The notes below the pieces were generated by a model. That model ran no database searches, was not told where the DNA came from, and was given only the letters and a program-made list of their open reading frames with translations. A stretch of 63,227 bases of DNA, counting the filler. It is 7 parts of 7 records of this genome, joined end to end, with 100 filler letters (N's around TTAATTAATTAA, not from the genome) between each part and the next. Parts side by side here need not be neighbours in the genome. Positions count along the whole stretch, not along the records: positions 34,397 to 43,872 come from SRR31156797_7812; positions 43,973 to 49,366 come from SRR31156797_7826; positions 49,467 to 57,789 come from SRR31156797_7827; 4 more parts are not named here. The stretch is one strand, 5' to 3'. Positions 41,040 to 50,771 of the stretch are shown here, piece by piece (positions within the stretch are counted from its first letter, which is position 1; each line of letters opens with the position of its first letter). A program made the position numbers and the translations under genes.

Positions 41040-41936
41040 TTATCTGGCTGCTTTTACTATTTTCGAAATACTATTATTTAAAAAATCATTGTATTCCTTC
41101 ATAAATTTAAATTCCCCTATTTCAATTAACGGTTTATTTTTTCCATGAAAGTCGCTGCCGCCGGTCATTATGTAATCACCTGAAATGGCCAAACTGGCAA
41201 AATATTTAATTTGGTTGTTGTCGTGGTAATTATTAAACACTTCCAGGCCTTCTGCGCCTTTTTCAAGCAGCTCCGAAATTTTTTCCTCTTTCCCCTTTAA
41301 ATTCATTCCCGGATGCGCAACAATTGGAATTCCCCCATTATCTTTTATCAATTCAACAGCCTCATTATAAACCATATATTCTGTTTTTACATAAGCCGGT
41401 TTTCCCTGGGCAAAAAAATCGTGATAAAAATTAATATAAGGCATGTCACTTCGTTCTCCTCCCGGCAAGTAAGGAATTAATTTTTTATTGGAATGATAAT
41501 TGGAATTAGTAAGTAAAACTTCGGCAATTAATTCACCACAGGGCAACTTTCCATTCGATTTTTCCAGCACTTCATTTCCATCAACATCAATCCCGGTTTT
41601 ACTCAGGTTTTCTATCATTTCGGGAAATGAATCCATAACCTTTGCATGAATAGATTTTTCAAGTTCAATAAAATCATTACTCTGCCAATTTATAGTATAG
41701 CCTAATAAATGAAGGTCAATTCCTTTGTACGAACAATCGATTTCAATACCGGGAATAAACTCTACACTTTTATGTGTACAAATTGAAATCGCCTCGTTTA
41801 ATCCGCCCACATTATTGTGGTCGGTAACCGATAAAATATCAACATTATTTTCAAGGCATTTATCGACTATTTCCTGAATTTCAAACTCTCCGTCGTTACT
41901 GAAATTTGAGTGTACATGTAAATCTGCTTTTGGCAT
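41040..41936 (-). CDS. PHP-domain metal-dependent phosphoesterase
   Basis: DLHVHSNFSNDG, TDHN, PGIEI, AHPG, GGSDFHG. Confidence 0.9.
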   Translation of the reverse strand: MPKADLHVHSNFSNDGEFEIQEIVDKCLENNVDILSVTDHNNVGGLNEAISICTHKSVEFIPGIEIDCSYKGIDLHLLGYTINWQSNDFIELEKSIHAKVMDSFPEMIENLSKTGIDVDGNEVLEKSNGKLPCGELIAEVLLTNSNYHSNKKLIPYLPGGERSDMPYINFYHDFFAQGKPAYVKTEYMVYNEAVELIKDNGGIPIVAHPGMNLKGKEEKISELLEKGAEGLEVFNNYHDNNQIKYFASLAISGDYIMTGGSDFHGKNKPLIEIGEFKFMKEYNDFLNNSISKIVKAAR

Positions 41937-42115
41937 AAATTGGTTTTGATTATTACAGAAACAAATTTACATTTTAAAAGTCGATCGGGCTGATAACGAT
42001 TGTTTATTTTGTTATTTCTTTTTTAAAAAAGAATAAATACCAGCAGTAATCAAATTTTTTATTGAACTATTGACGATTAATCAAAAGATATTTTGATGGT
42101 TTTTTAAAAATAATT

Positions 42116-42123
42116 TATCTTTG
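42116..42123 (+). promoter_or_regulatory. Bacteroidota -7 promoter element defining a ~190-nt leader before the methyltransferase
   Basis: TATCTTTG(CT). Confidence 0.55.
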
Positions 42124-42141
42124 CTGCACTAAAATCTTTGA

Positions 42142-42246
42142 ATGTTTAAAATATATTTGGTTTCCGTGTAATAAATAACCTTTGGTTTTCTAACAAGGGT
42201 TATCCTTTTTAAAACTCAGGCATTTTTCTGCCCGGGTTATTTTTAT
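42142..42246 (+). promoter_or_regulatory. Putative attenuator: 9-codon leader ORF plus alternative hairpins and a T-tract
   Basis: MFKIYLVSV* at 42142-42171; hairpins 42175-42203 and 42213-42238 followed by ATTTTT. Confidence 0.35.
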
Positions 42247-42323
42247 ATCCTTACATTAACAATTAATTAAAGTTTGGCAACAAAAATTATCATTTGCCAT
42301 TCTTAAACAATATTTTAAACATC

Positions 42324-43097
42324 ATGAGTAACGAAAATAAATCGATTCACGAATTCGATATCAGTTTAATCTGCGATTTTTTTTCCAATATGAAACGCCA
42401 GGGACCAGGCAGTCCGGAGATTACCGTTAAAGCATTGAACTTTATTGAAAACCTTTCCGAGAACTCCCTTATTGCCGATATTGGTTGCGGAACAGGGGGG
42501 CAGACAATGGTACTGGCACAACACACAACGGGGAAAATTAAGGGGTTCGACCTGTTTCCCAAATTTATAAATATCTTCAATAAAAATGCGGAGAAACTTA
42601 ATCTTCAGAATCGAGTTGAAGGGATTGTTGGTTCGATGGACAACCTGCCTTTTCAAAACGAAGAAGTAGATTTAATGTGGTCGGAAGGAGCAATTTATAA
42701 TATTGGTTTCGAGCAAGGTTTGAAAGAATGGCATAAATTTATTAAAACAGGAGGTTATTTAGCCGTTTCAGAAGCATCGTGGTTTACCGAAGAAAGGCCA
42801 AAAGAAATAGAAGACTTTTGGATGGATGCTTACCCTGAAATAAATACAATTCCAATAAAAGTAGAACAGATGCAAAAAGCCGGATACATTCCTGTGGCTT
42901 CATTTATTTTACCCGAGGTTTGTTGGACAAAACATTATTTTGAACCACACAACCTGGCGGAAAAAATATTTTTAAAAGAAAATGCAGGAAATATACCTGC
43001 TGAAGATTTTATTGCAAATCAGCGGCACGAAGAGCAGTTGTATAATAAATACAAAGCTTTTTATGGTTATGCTTTTTATATAGGTAAGAAAATCTAG
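42324..43097 (+). CDS. Class I SAM-dependent methyltransferase
   Basis: [28 protein letters not shown]; start moved to MSNENK. Confidence 0.9.
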   Translation: MSNENKSIHEFDISLICDFFSNMKRQGPGSPEITVKALNFIENLSENSLIADIGCGTGGQTMVLAQHTTGKIKGFDLFPKFINIFNKNAEKLNLQNRVEGIVGSMDNLPFQNEEVDLMWSEGAIYNIGFEQGLKEWHKFIKTGGYLAVSEASWFTEERPKEIEDFWMDAYPEINTIPIKVEQMQKAGYIPVASFILPEVCWTKHYFEPHNLAEKIFLKENAGNIPAEDFIANQRHEEQLYNKYKAFYGYAFYIGKKI

Positions 43098-43224
43098 TTT
43101 TATAAAAGTGAGGTTTGTTCCTGTTTTTCATGACATTCCTCCCTTTTTTATGAATACCAGGTTTGTAATATTTAAAGTGCAAATTATTGTTTTGGTAAGT
43201 TTTTGCCAATCGTTTTTAACAATT

Positions 43225-43617
43225 TTAATCTATTCTAATGAAGTATTCATTATAAAATTCAAACCCGCCTTCGTTGCAAATCTTTAACGTGTCATTTGTA
43301 TACCAATAGTCATAATTTGATTCCCATATCGTTCCATTCTCTTTTTCGACATAAATAGTAACCACTGATTCCGTTGCCCGATATCCACATCTACTAATTT
43401 CATTTCCGAGGTAATCATAACGTATTCTCAGATTGTTTTGCGTATATTTTTCTATTCTTTGATTTTCAATTCCTGCAAAATAATCACCACCCGACATTAT
43501 ACTATAGCCTCCTATTAATTGCCATTTCCCAACTATTTTTTCCTTTGCTGAATTGTTCTTTTCGCAACCCGCAACGAATATGTAAAATATTAAAAATAGA
43601 AATATCAGTTTTTTCAT
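43225..43617 (-). CDS. Lipoprotein, lipocalin-like
   Basis: Lipobox VAGC; IVGKWQL lipocalin-type GxW motif. Confidence 0.6.
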   Translation of the reverse strand: MKKLIFLFLIFYIFVAGCEKNNSAKEKIVGKWQLIGGYSIMSGGDYFAGIENQRIEKYTQNNLRIRYDYLGNEISRCGYRATESVVTIYVEKENGTIWESNYDYWYTNDTLKICNEGGFEFYNEYFIRID

Positions 43618-43793
43618 TTTTTCTGATTTTTAAAACATGATGTAAAAATCTAATTTAGGTTTTGTAACATTGAAGCTTTCAATAAAATGCATATTTATAA
43701 TGCGGTTCAATTAATTATCTTTTAACAAAAAGAAAGAAGCCTATAAGTGGCATTTCGATAACTCAACTTTTCAATAATTTGTTTGCATATTAC

Positions 43794-43872
43794 TTAAAAT
43801 CCCATGGCTTTTTTTATTTCAGTCATTTCTTCTTCCGAAGTCAGCATTTTTAATAATTCAAATGCAACATTT
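43794..43872 (-). CDS. 3' end of a gene, resembling a DJ-1/PfpI family C-terminus
   Basis: Manual translation ...NVAFELLKMLTSEEEMTEIKKAMGF*. Confidence 0.4.
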
Positions 43873-43972
43873 NNNNNNNNNNNNNNNNNNNNNNNNNNNN
43901 NNNNNNNNNNNNNNNNTTAATTAATTAANNNNNNNNNNNNNNNNNNNNNNNNNNNNNNNNNNNNNNNNNNNN
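43873..43972. other. Artificial contig spacer
   Basis: N-run with TTAATTAATTAA. Confidence 0.98.
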
Positions 43973-44006
43973 TTTATTGATATAAACCCGATTCTAAATA
44001 AAATTG

Positions 44007-44031
44007 GGCAACTTACATATCGTAAGTTGCC
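44007..44031. terminator. Intrinsic terminator-like hairpin downstream of the GH16 gene
   Basis: GGCAACTTAC-ATATC-GTAAGTTGCC, with T-rich flanks on both strands. Confidence 0.65.
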
Positions 44032-44111
44032 TGTTTTTTAGTGCACGTGCAGAGTGTAAAACATGAATCTTGTTTTCACATAACGTGCCTCTACAGTTTT
44101 CTTATAAAAAA

Positions 44112-46517
44112 TTATTTTATTTCGAACCAGTTTATGTTGTAACCACCGCTTTTTGCTCTAAGTTTTAAACTAGCGATTCCTTCACTTAGCTTAAATGAGT
44201 TACTTGTGATTGTTTCCCAAGCTTGCCAATCACCTGTTACAGGAACTGTTATTTCGGTCAAAATATTATCATTTTGATCAAGTAACTGAATAAGTCCACC
44301 GGCATTAACTCCTGCTACTCTGATATTAACTGTATACTCTTTTGCTTCTTGTGTTTCAATGATATACTCCAGCCAGTCACCGGCATCAATCCAACCTACG
44401 TTTTCACCGCCGTCACTATCTTTAGTCGCTTCTGTTTGGATACCACTCATTTGTAGATAATCACTAGCTTTGATTCTGGCAGGAAGTAACACAGGGTTTA
44501 ATTCAGATGTTGTAGTTTCAAGAGATACTTTATCAGAAATATTTCCTGCATGATCTATAGCCATGATATCGAAACTATAGTTTGTTTCAGGTTCAAGATT
44601 AGCTATAGTATAATTAGTAGAAGCACTTTCGGCAATTTTTTCTCCATCCATGTAAATCTCATAATGCTTTATCCCGAAATTATCTTTGGAAGCATCCCAA
44701 GAAAGTGGAATTAAATATGGCAATGCTCTTTCGGAAATTAAATTTTTAGGACTTGTAGGAGCTTCTGAATCATTTGAGAGATCAATATTTAAATCATAAA
44801 CTCTTACATAATCGATTTCATAAGTTTGAGGCCAGATATTTGGATCAAAACCACTTGCTGCTCCCCAAGTTCCACCGACAGCAAAATTTAGAATAGGATA
44901 GAACTTTTGATCATATGGCCATTTTTTCCAATTTTTTTCATTTTTTTCTAATGAAAAGTATAGAATGTCATCAACATACATATCCATTCTACTTGGTAAC
45001 CAGTCTATTGTAAAGGTATGAAAATCTGTTGTTAAATTATCTACTTTATATTTCGAAGTTGGATTATTTCCTATCTTGAAGTTAGCATCTTGAGCATGAG
45101 TTGAAGCATGAACATATTCAGGATGATTTCCGACAAACTCCATTACATCAATCTCTCCACTTTTTGGCCAATTTCCATATGCCGAATCTGTAGGCATCAT
45201 CCATGCAGCAGGCCATGTCCCACTACCTCCTGGTAGTTTAGCTCTGAATTCTACTCTACCATATAGAAAGTCAGCTTTATTTCTTGAGTGAATTCTTGCA
45301 GAAGTATAATCCATTCCTTCATATTTCTCTTTTTTTGCAGTGATAATTAATTTATCGCCATCGACATAAGCATTATCAGTATCGGCGTGTGTATAATATT
45401 GATACTCCTGATTTGCAATATAGCCAACATCATAACTCCAGTTTTCCGGATTGGGAAGTCCTTCATAATCAAATTCTTCAGCCCATACAAGTTGACCTAC
45501 TTCTCTACTAAGATATAAATTCTCTATTTCGATTTCTGAATTACTAACTCCACCCAATAATAATTTTATTTGAGAATTTTTAGATAATTTTTCTTTCATC
45601 ATAAATATTTTGTTGTATTTAGAGTTTTCTGTATTAATTGTTATTTGATCTTCGAAATAAACGACTTCTGTTTCAGCATCTTCGATTTTAATTCCGATCT
45701 CTCTTTCTTCATTTGATTTAGTATCAAAACTAAGAGAGTATTCTTTCTCTTCCTCTAAGGCAAATCCGCCTTGTGTTAAAATAACTGTTTCTTTTGATAT
45801 TCCGCCGTCAGTAATTTTAACAGCTATTGATTCGTTATCAAAATTAAATTTAGCATTTGAATTAGGATCGATTTCTGTTATCCATGATTCATTATTTAGT
45901 GCGTTACTTTCTGGTAAAATAATTTTGTTATTCCATACTTTTTTCTGACCTTCTCCAAGCTCTTCTAATTTAATGTTGTCCATATAGACTGTTGCTAAAT
46001 GCGAAGTTATCCAGAATTCAACTCTTGCATCTTTGTCGGTATCCTCTTCCATAACGAAATCAAGTGAGATTTGCTGCATTTCAGTATTTAAATTTACATT
46101 TTCCTGAAGGTATGCAGCCCAGCCTCTAGGCTCTTTACCACCGATTTTTACTGTTATATCTCTCATCTCATCTGAATAAGCATCAAATGTAAGTCTGTAT
46201 TTAGCATTTTTCTTAATTTCCACAGGTCCTTGAATTAACTGTACTGCCCATGGAGAGACTTGTGTATCCAGAGATTTTATCTCCATAACACCATCATTTA
46301 TTTTATATCTACCACTTCCGCCGGAATTCAAACTAAAAAACCAATTTCCTTTATTTTCAGATCTTGCAATAGCTTTATTGAATTCTCCGTTTCCCAAAAT
46401 CTTACCGCTAATCTTTGTTTTTTCCATATTGTTTTCTTTAACAGATTCTGTGTTTTGACATCCAATCATTCCGGCAAGTAATAACGTAAAAATAGAACTT
46501 GTAAGTAATTTTCTCAT
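44112..46517 (-). CDS. Multimodular GH16 beta-1,3-glucanase (laminarinase) lipoprotein: CBM4-like x2, GH16, FN3, CBM6-like
   Basis: Lipobox MIGC; WPAAWMMP and SGEIDVME catalytic motif; APTSP..W.AS.DN FN3; GWIDAGDWLEY..TGDWQAW CBM6 pattern; AAGGAG RBS. Confidence 0.9.
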   Translation of the reverse strand: MRKLLTSSIFTLLLAGMIGCQNTESVKENNMEKTKISGKILGNGEFNKAIARSENKGNWFFSLNSGGSGRYKINDGVMEIKSLDTQVSPWAVQLIQGPVEIKKNAKYRLTFDAYSDEMRDITVKIGGKEPRGWAAYLQENVNLNTEMQQISLDFVMEEDTDKDARVEFWITSHLATVYMDNIKLEELGEGQKKVWNNKIILPESNALNNESWITEIDPNSNAKFNFDNESIAVKITDGGISKETVILTQGGFALEEEKEYSLSFDTKSNEEREIGIKIEDAETEVVYFEDQITINTENSKYNKIFMMKEKLSKNSQIKLLLGGVSNSEIEIENLYLSREVGQLVWAEEFDYEGLPNPENWSYDVGYIANQEYQYYTHADTDNAYVDGDKLIITAKKEKYEGMDYTSARIHSRNKADFLYGRVEFRAKLPGGSGTWPAAWMMPTDSAYGNWPKSGEIDVMEFVGNHPEYVHASTHAQDANFKIGNNPTSKYKVDNLTTDFHTFTIDWLPSRMDMYVDDILYFSLEKNEKNWKKWPYDQKFYPILNFAVGGTWGAASGFDPNIWPQTYEIDYVRVYDLNIDLSNDSEAPTSPKNLISERALPYLIPLSWDASKDNFGIKHYEIYMDGEKIAESASTNYTIANLEPETNYSFDIMAIDHAGNISDKVSLETTTSELNPVLLPARIKASDYLQMSGIQTEATKDSDGGENVGWIDAGDWLEYIIETQEAKEYTVNIRVAGVNAGGLIQLLDQNDNILTEITVPVTGDWQAWETITSNSFKLSEGIASLKLRAKSGGYNINWFEIK

Positions 46518-47159
46518 ATTCTCTCCTTAGTCTATATTTTTTAGTAAATATTATAAAAACTTCTCTTTAGTTTGCTTACTAATATTAAGAGAAGAAAGTG
46601 AAGATTGTGAGTTTCAAATGGATTCTTATAAGTTTTGAATGAATAGTGCAGAGTGTTCATTATTAAAAATATCAATACTGTTATGATACTATTTTTATGT
46701 TTTTTTTGAAAGGTAACTTAATTATGATTCAGTGACCAGATTTCTGAATAAAGAATATGTTTAGTTTTGCTGATATTGAATGCTAATTTTTTTAGTGAAT
46801 TTTAAGAAATATAAAAATATCAAATAATGCAGTATTTAATATTAAATTATTCCTGCTTAGAATGCAGTGTTTTCAACGGAAGAAAGATGTTTTGTAAAAA
46901 GAAACACGTTGAGGAAAAACAATATGAATCAGAATAATAGTCACTTTTACAGAATATATTGACCTTTAAACATATTACGAAACAGTATATAATTAATCCC
47001 AAGCGAACAGAGTTTCGAAAAAGAACGATATGGGTTATTTGCAATCACACGAGATTGAGTTCGAATGGTTGTTTTAGGGTTTTAATTACAGCATGTATTT
47101 TGTTGTAAATCGAAAATACAGAGATGTTTAGTTTAGTTATGAAAATTAAAGGAGGAAAT

Positions 47160-49031
47160 ATGAAGAAGTATTTAGCAACAATGTTTATGCTTGCATCTGT
47201 AATAGCTGCAGCGGAGTCGGAAATTGATTTTGGTGGAAATCTAAATTTAAAATTTAATGAGTTTACTGAAACTGAGGGTAAAGAGCAATATTCTATGAAT
47301 GGTAACGGTAATATCTTTGGAACAGGTGACTGGAAACAATCAACATCTGATAATGGAGATGACAATATCGAAAAATTCCAAGGTGTACTTGACCTAAACA
47401 TGAATATAAAAGTAAATGAAAAAGTAAATATATTTACTTCATTTGAAGGGTTAACTGAGAATTTTACAGGAGTAACAGCAGGAGACGAAGTTACTAACGT
47501 TCAGGAGAGTAGCACGGTTAGAGATAATGATCCACTTATGCTTAAAGAATTGAAAATTGATATTGATACTGATTTTGCTGATCTTACAATAACTAACTCG
47601 TTTAATTATGACTTTAACAAAAGAGTATTAGCGATGCAATTAGAGGATAACTGGGGAGAAGGAACTCCTTATGGTGAAGGTGTCTATGCAAAAATGAAAA
47701 ACATGCCTGCAGAAGCTGAAGTAGCAGCATTTATGTTTCAATCATCTGATACGAACTCTGCTACATCAGGAGACGATAATGAGCAAAATGTAAATCAGGA
47801 TGATGATGGATTATGGGCTGACTACATGGTTTACGGTATCGATGTTAAAAAGAATTTTACATCAGGTAAAGCTGGATTATTAGCAATCAATACACATGAT
47901 AAATTCGGAGACTCTGGAGACAGTTATGATGATGATCTGGATACACAACACTATGCATTAAACGGAGAATACAATCTTAGTGAAATGATCACTCTGAAAG
48001 GTGAGTTCATTACAGCTCAATATGGTTCTGACGTAACTGCGATAGATAACTATATAGCAAATGCATTAAGTTGGAAAACAGCATCATATGATTTAAGTGC
48101 TGACGGAGCGAAAGATGATAATAATATCATCGAAGCAAGTGCTACAATCAGACCAATGGCTGATGTAGAAGTTAACGCAGGATATAAAGATGTTGGAGAA
48201 GATTATTATGGTGTGTTAGGAACTACTCATCAAATGGATTCATGGTTAGGTGAAGCAAGTTTTGATGCAAGTAGTGGAGAAGGTTATGATAAAGGTTTAT
48301 ACGGAGATGTATCTTTCTTACTTCCTTTGGATGTTAAAACTACTGTATCTTATCAAGATTTTGATTTAACAAGATCTGCGTCAAATGATGCTGAAGATAC
48401 TAATGAAAAAGAACTGGAAGCAGCATTTGCATTTAATCTGGCTGAAGTTGCTATGAATGCTTCATATAGACTTAATACACAAACAAATGGTGAATTAGAT
48501 AAAGATATAACTTTTAATGATTTAAATGCAAACGCTAGTTATAAAATGCAAATTAATGACAAAGTATCAAATACTGTAGCTGTAGATTTAAACTTCTATA
48601 CAGGTGATGACGCAGAGGCAGATAAAAACTTCTCAAATGAAAAGAGATTAAAAGCTTCATCAATTGCAGAATATAAATATAGTGAAAAAATTACATTCAA
48701 AGGTGAATATAGATTTGGATATGCAACAGAGGATAATGATACATTCGATGCAACAGGAATGCAAAATTTATTAAAAGCAGGAGTAGCATATGCAGTAACA
48801 CCTGATTGTGTGTTAGACCTTTACTACAAATATGATAACTATGCTTTAGATAGAGATGCGACTCATGCTGAATTATCAAGTTCAGAATATATGAAAGAAG
48901 CTGAACACCAATGGTATGATGGTGCTGAAAGTTGGGAACATTGGACAGGTCACTGGACAAATGACATAGCTGCAGCTTATGAAGGATATGAAACTCATGA
49001 ACTTTGTGCAAGTATAAATATCAAATTCTAA
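47160..49031 (+). CDS. Unrecognised acidic outer-membrane porin-like protein
   Basis: GGAGG RBS; signal peptide MKKYLATMFMLASVIAAA; alternating amphipathic strands; C-terminal Phe (ASINIKF). Confidence 0.6.
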   Translation: MKKYLATMFMLASVIAAAESEIDFGGNLNLKFNEFTETEGKEQYSMNGNGNIFGTGDWKQSTSDNGDDNIEKFQGVLDLNMNIKVNEKVNIFTSFEGLTENFTGVTAGDEVTNVQESSTVRDNDPLMLKELKIDIDTDFADLTITNSFNYDFNKRVLAMQLEDNWGEGTPYGEGVYAKMKNMPAEAEVAAFMFQSSDTNSATSGDDNEQNVNQDDDGLWADYMVYGIDVKKNFTSGKAGLLAINTHDKFGDSGDSYDDDLDTQHYALNGEYNLSEMITLKGEFITAQYGSDVTAIDNYIANALSWKTASYDLSADGAKDDNNIIEASATIRPMADVEVNAGYKDVGEDYYGVLGTTHQMDSWLGEASFDASSGEGYDKGLYGDVSFLLPLDVKTTVSYQDFDLTRSASNDAEDTNEKELEAAFAFNLAEVAMNASYRLNTQTNGELDKDITFNDLNANASYKMQINDKVSNTVAVDLNFYTGDDAEADKNFSNEKRLKASSIAEYKYSEKITFKGEYRFGYATEDNDTFDATGMQNLLKAGVAYAVTPDCVLDLYYKYDNYALDRDATHAELSSSEYMKEAEHQWYDGAESWEHWTGHWTNDIAAAYEGYETHELCASINIKF

Positions 49032-49088
49032 TTATAGGTTAATTCGTTCGTTATAATTAGAGAGATAAATTTGGATTTGTTTTATAAT

Positions 49089-49160
49089 AAAAGATTGTTT
49101 TAGTCTTCAATCTTTTTAAATAATAAACTTTGAGGGTTGTTTTAGTCTTCAATCCTTGAA
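49089..49160 (+). repeat. Two tandem hairpins with identical 10-nt loop (42-nt period)
   Basis: TTGTTTTAGTCTTCAATC occurs twice, each time closed by a different 9-11 bp stem. Confidence 0.8.
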
Positions 49161-49185
49161 AAAAGTGAACATCATCTCAAAAGAT

Positions 49186-49222
49186 TAAAGGTGACTGGAA
49201 AAATGGTTTTCAGTCACCTTTA
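49186..49222 (+). terminator. Strong hairpin downstream of the porin gene
   Basis: TAAAGGTGACTG...CAGTCACCTTTA, perfect 12-bp stem. Confidence 0.6.
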
Positions 49223-49366
49223 TCAAATAAGTAAATACAGTAATACAGAAAAACAGTCACTAAAACAGAATGAAGCTATCTTTCTTTATAAGTGTATAAA
49301 TAGTATCATAAGAGGAGAAAATATACGAATAAAGAACAAAGTCAGATTAAATCATTCTGACTTAAA

Positions 49367-49466
49367 NNNNNNNNNNNNNNNNNNNNNNNNNNNNNNNNNN
49401 NNNNNNNNNNTTAATTAATTAANNNNNNNNNNNNNNNNNNNNNNNNNNNNNNNNNNNNNNNNNNNN
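49367..49466. other. Artificial contig spacer
   Basis: N-run with TTAATTAATTAA. Confidence 0.98.
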
Positions 49467-49521
49467 AGGTGAGAGAAGATTTAATGAGGTTTGTAAGTTA
49501 TTAAAAATTTGGGTTGCTTAG

Positions 49522-49552
49522 TCTAATAAAAACTATTTTAGTTTTTATTAGA
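49522..49552. terminator. Hairpin between a truncated + strand gene end (..GERRFNEVCKLLKIWVA*, stop 49521) and the GGDEF gene
   Basis: TCTAATAAAAACTA-TTT-TAGTTTTTATTAGA, 14-bp stem. Confidence 0.55.
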
Positions 49553-49559
49553 TAATCTT

Positions 49560-50516
49560 TTAGATATATTGAATTGTATCTACTTGGTTTCTACCCAATC
49601 TTTTTGCTTTATATAAAGCCTTATCTGCTGTTTCATATAAATGCTCACCTGTAATATTTTTATCAAACTTTGAAGTAAAATCACACATAGCTAATCCAAA
49701 TGAGGCTGTAATATATTTTGATACATCTGTATTATACTGATGTTCAAGTTGCAGTTGTTCTATCCCTTTACACAATTTACCTGCTAGAGATATCGCTTCG
49801 GTAGTTGTATTGGTTGAATAGATTATTACAAACTCTTCTCCTCCTATTCTAAAAGATATATCTGTGGCTCTTTTTAAACTTTTTAAAAGATATGATCCAA
49901 TAGCTTTTAAAACTTCATCCCCTTTTTGATGCCCATAATTATCATTATATTTTTTAAAATTATCCACATCTAGAATAATAAAAGAGAAAACTTTTTGATC
50001 CCTACATGATCTATTGATCTCTAAATCGATCACTTTATTAAAATATCTTCTATTATAAAGAGCTGTTAATTCATCAATAAAAGAGATCTCTTCTATTTTT
50101 TTCTTATCTGTGATATCTTGTCTTACTGAAGTGTATCCTATATGATTATTATCTAGATCATAGGTGGGGCTTATTTTTACTTTTACCCAATAATAAGAAC
50201 CATCTTTTCTTCTATTTTTTATCTCCCCAGACCATGTTTTTTCTTGTGAAATAGACGCCCACATCTTTTCAAATAAAGACTCTGGCATATCTGGATGTTT
50301 TACTATATTGTGATGCTTTCCAATAAGTTCCTCTTTTGGAAACCCTGAGATTCGCTCAAATGCTCTACTTACATAAGTGATCTTTCCATCAAGGTCAGTT
50401 TTAGATGTGATCACATATTCATCAATGATCTCTATATACTTCTCTAACTCATTTCTTTTTTCCAAGACTTTATTAAGATCCAACTCATTTTCAAAAAACT
50501 TTTCAAAGTCATTCAT
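49560..50516 (-). CDS. PAS-GGDEF diguanylate cyclase
   Basis: PAS/PAC (NRRKDGSYYWV), DELTALYNRR, RxxD I-site (RATD), GGEEF. Confidence 0.93.
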   Translation of the reverse strand: MNDFEKFFENELDLNKVLEKRNELEKYIEIIDEYVITSKTDLDGKITYVSRAFERISGFPKEELIGKHHNIVKHPDMPESLFEKMWASISQEKTWSGEIKNRRKDGSYYWVKVKISPTYDLDNNHIGYTSVRQDITDKKKIEEISFIDELTALYNRRYFNKVIDLEINRSCRDQKVFSFIILDVDNFKKYNDNYGHQKGDEVLKAIGSYLLKSLKRATDISFRIGGEEFVIIYSTNTTTEAISLAGKLCKGIEQLQLEHQYNTDVSKYITASFGLAMCDFTSKFDKNITGEHLYETADKALYKAKRLGRNQVDTIQYI

Positions 50517-50771
50517 GATACTTTTACCTTATAATAAATATAATTTTAATATCAATATTTTACACTTTATTTATTAAAGTATCTATTAAGTATTTATTGG
50601 AATATTTGTATGATTTTGATCTCTAGAGATACAATTATTACTATTTAGAGACTTAAGAGATAATTTTTATCCTTAAATAAATATATATCTACACATATAA
50701 TATCTAAAATAACAATCTCTGTTAATATTTACTTTGTTACTATTTTACTAGATATTTTAAAGGATATTATA

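Noticed and set aside
46518-47159. Search for a LacI/cre-type operator or sigma54 promoter between the GH16 and porin genes; small ORFs 46847-47044 and 47045-47401
   Set aside because: Only weak partial palindromes; the ORFs lack RBS or coding character, or are antisense shadows of the porin.
49089-49160. Possible mini-CRISPR (two repeats with a spacer)
   Set aside because: Only two 18-nt copies with a 42-nt period and no cas genes; better explained as tandem hairpins (reported as such).
49191-49366. Listed 75-aa ORF at the end of contig 5
   Set aside because: GTG start inside a terminator-like hairpin, no RBS, and it runs into the spacer.
50710-50724. TAACA-N5-TGTTA palindrome upstream of zupT as a zinc-regulator box
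   Set aside because: Only 5-bp arms in AT-rich sequence and not matching a Zur consensus I can support.
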